Shown here piece by piece: positions 16,101 through 16,938 of a stretch of 16,938 bases of DNA. Source of the DNA: Candidatus Thorarchaeota archaeon. Lineage in GTDB: Archaea; Asgardarchaeota; Thorarchaeia; Thorarchaeales; Thorarchaeaceae. The notes under the pieces are model-generated. The model saw nothing but the letters and a program-made list of their open reading frames with translations. It did no database searches and was not told the DNA's origin. Within the stretch, counting starts at the first letter, position 1, and each line of letters begins with the position of its first letter. Position numbers and translations under genes: made by a program. Location of the stretch: assembly GCA_048882325.1 (NCBI GenBank), contig JBHLRS010000057.1, forward strand, positions 1-16,938, read 5' to 3'.

Positions 16101-16938
16101 AAAGTGGACTCAATGAGATTTTCACAGTCCAGCTTGATTACCAATTACTTAATGGTTCAGGTGTAGTGGGAGCTCTACCTACGATAATATTCACGGGACC
16201 CCAAAATGGTCTCTCGTGGACCAATTTCATTGACAACAACAACGGGTTATACTCGCTAGACATATCATGCAATGTTTCAGCAGTCTATGGCATCACGATC
16301 ACAATGACAAAAGCGTACCATTACAACACCTCTGATGTGTTCACGCTAATTATCGGAGAAACGGGGAGTGAACTGGAGCTATTGAATGGTACAGTTGATG
16401 TGGTTCTATTTGGTGACAGTTACAATCTAGTGGTTGAATACAGAAACAGCACCGGTACAGGTCTTCCGGGAGCCAATTTACAGGTCGTTTCAATTACTCC
16501 GTCAACTGGGCTGACCCACACTGGCTTTTCACACATCGTCGATGGATTTTATCAGATCAACCTGACGCCTATAGCAGCTGGAGCGTTTTCAGTCGTCATT
16601 AGCGCAAGTGTGATGAATCATGAAACCCAATATGCAACCTTCACTCTGACAGCAACAGGAATACCAACAATTCTTACCTCATTGCCCTCAAGTGCAAGCA
16701 TCGCGTTAGACCTAAACTTTACTGTTCAGCTAAGCCTACAAGATGAAGCGCTAAATCCGATTGACTTGGCCAATTTCACAGTGACAAATCCACCAGCCAA
16801 TCTCATCATATCTAATGTCACAGCATTAGGAGGTGGGCTGTACAATTTCACATTGACACCATTAGTTACTGGTACTTTCAATGTTCTCTTCAGGAGTTCT
16901 GCAGACAACTATCAAAGTTCAAGCGCTGCGTTCACACT
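13115..16938 (+). CDS. Very large secreted/cell-surface glycoprotein with Ig-like beta-sandwich repeats (3' truncated)
   Basis: Not in the ORF track, consistent with no stop inside the window. Begins MRLKQYTIIALIGFLLILA (signal/anchor). Thr/Ser/Asn-rich, with many N-x-S/T sequons, spanning >1270 codons. Confidence 0.88.
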   Translation, partial: MRLKQYTIIALIGFLLILAHTEFSTPWTTSQTNIEEGPALQNIREVDNRNFKISQTTKEGVIDPVEIKETAFQTTDPAKARTDTGENTVQNISIDESNEWFVNYTSAEVSNIKKLYGVNGTFENGVEPWTNYTINGGSNTQIPGYDSSGEYITCRNVGNYRKIASNHLWDHSAGSEVGFEQVVYNPGGELIFDLRLDFRYVTGPIDPEGDNGLPGVVGVFYQINDNGGSFYEGYYYPMDLYIDSRDAWLSLEHAFTIPSPWSQFSFAVGLYLAGDISINNVTDYDDDPLGEPDGTVNAENLTIYIDNVLFNGRTTPSFESVDLTFHAGAFSEAVTGSGVGTALISNPSFWTVDPLEVQITSNSSVIFTYSVTALFHRYINSSWTTDLSRTGVTYTVTSGLSSDLTFYTYITEPSGYYNATFDIIYPQDWENTTVWDPLANDITGSCTISPGQLHIPTSELSRSGWWEINLNSFNYAKNTSIQVFDGVWSESSLFRPGNDTRVQVEIGTSSVTPAGGDPVNITWYLPDETPWAMDSITAMVSGSVTSSTWSYGSTNTTAGEWTIDVLWTNGTEIAFASMTFDLYHSASIVATYPTIETDYGLTISNLITFKDADTDEYLLDDSVTIEANWSSTIVTFTQNYAKNWWEADFDTSTIGGGRHVVVVTASRPYFDPVSTEFTVVSLYETSMTITNAPGLIERGLNEVFTAQIDYEFLNGTGIPGALPIITFSGPGGGLSWNSFTDNDNGHYSMNIVCDIAATYEVTITLSKAYHYNTSDSFTLIIGETGTELEALNGTAGVVNYGDSYRLVVEYRNSTGHGLVGADLQIVSVTPATGLTNGSFSHVSDGYYEVTLTPTVTGTYSVVIRASLFNHETQYITFTLTGVVIPTILTSIPSSATVAVNETYTVQLLFQDTSLNPISLANISVIDPPSGISISAASPVGGGLFNITLYSSEIDVYNLLFRASATNYQSSIVGFTLSVTALQTTLDITNAGSIPIESGLNEIFTVQLDYQLLNGSGVVGALPTIIFTGPQNGLSWTNFIDNNNGLYSLDISCNVSAVYGITITMTKAYHYNTSDVFTLIIGETGSELELLNGTVDVVLFGDSYNLVVEYRNSTGTGLPGANLQVVSITPSTGLTHTGFSHIVDGFYQINLTPIAAGAFSVVISASVMNHETQYATFTLTATGIPTILTSLPSSASIALDLNFTVQLSLQDEALNPIDLANFTVTNPPANLIISNVTALGGGLYNFTLTPLVTGTFNVLFRSSADNYQSSSAAFT
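15175..16938 (+). repeat. Intragenic tandem duplication, period 897 nt (299 aa)
   Basis: ACTCAATGAG at 15211 and 16108; CATGAAAC at 15722 and 16619. Protein matches GLNEVFT/GLNEIFT, KAYHYNTSD x2, LVVEYRNSTG x2, NHETQY x2. Left boundary approximate. Confidence 0.9.

Noticed and set aside
13299-16908. Short ORFs inside the large surface-protein gene, including similar-looking 15730-15984 and 16726-16908
   Set aside because: Shadow frames. Their mutual similarity just reflects the 897-nt repeat.

Overview
Gene-dense chromosomal window from an archaeon, most likely Asgard/Thorarchaeota-like. This is an inference from GGTG/GGAGG-type Shine-Dalgarno motifs, TATA-like boxes, a tandem double-HTH Lrp regulator and a giant N-glycosylation-rich Ig-repeat surface protein. 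About 20 CDSs: two class I SAM methyltransferases, a VOC/glyoxalase protein, a ribbon-helix-helix (RHH) regulator divergent from an ARPP-1/DUF6569-like protein, a PadR fusion divergent from a Kv-beta-like aldo-keto reductase, a double Lrp/AsnC regulator, a histidine phosphatase, an AlkZ/HTH_42-like DNA glycosylase, MscL, an ICMT-family methyltransferase, several membrane proteins and a truncated surface protein with 299-aa tandem repeats. No rRNA, tRNA, CRISPR or mobile element was seen. Most notable: (1) a tandem pair of paralogous 2-TM micro-proteins, one missing from the ORF track, with a conserved C-x22-H core and opposite predicted topologies; (2) an apparently circularly permuted MscL; (3) three divergent regulator/target pairs, each with a visible palindromic candidate operator.
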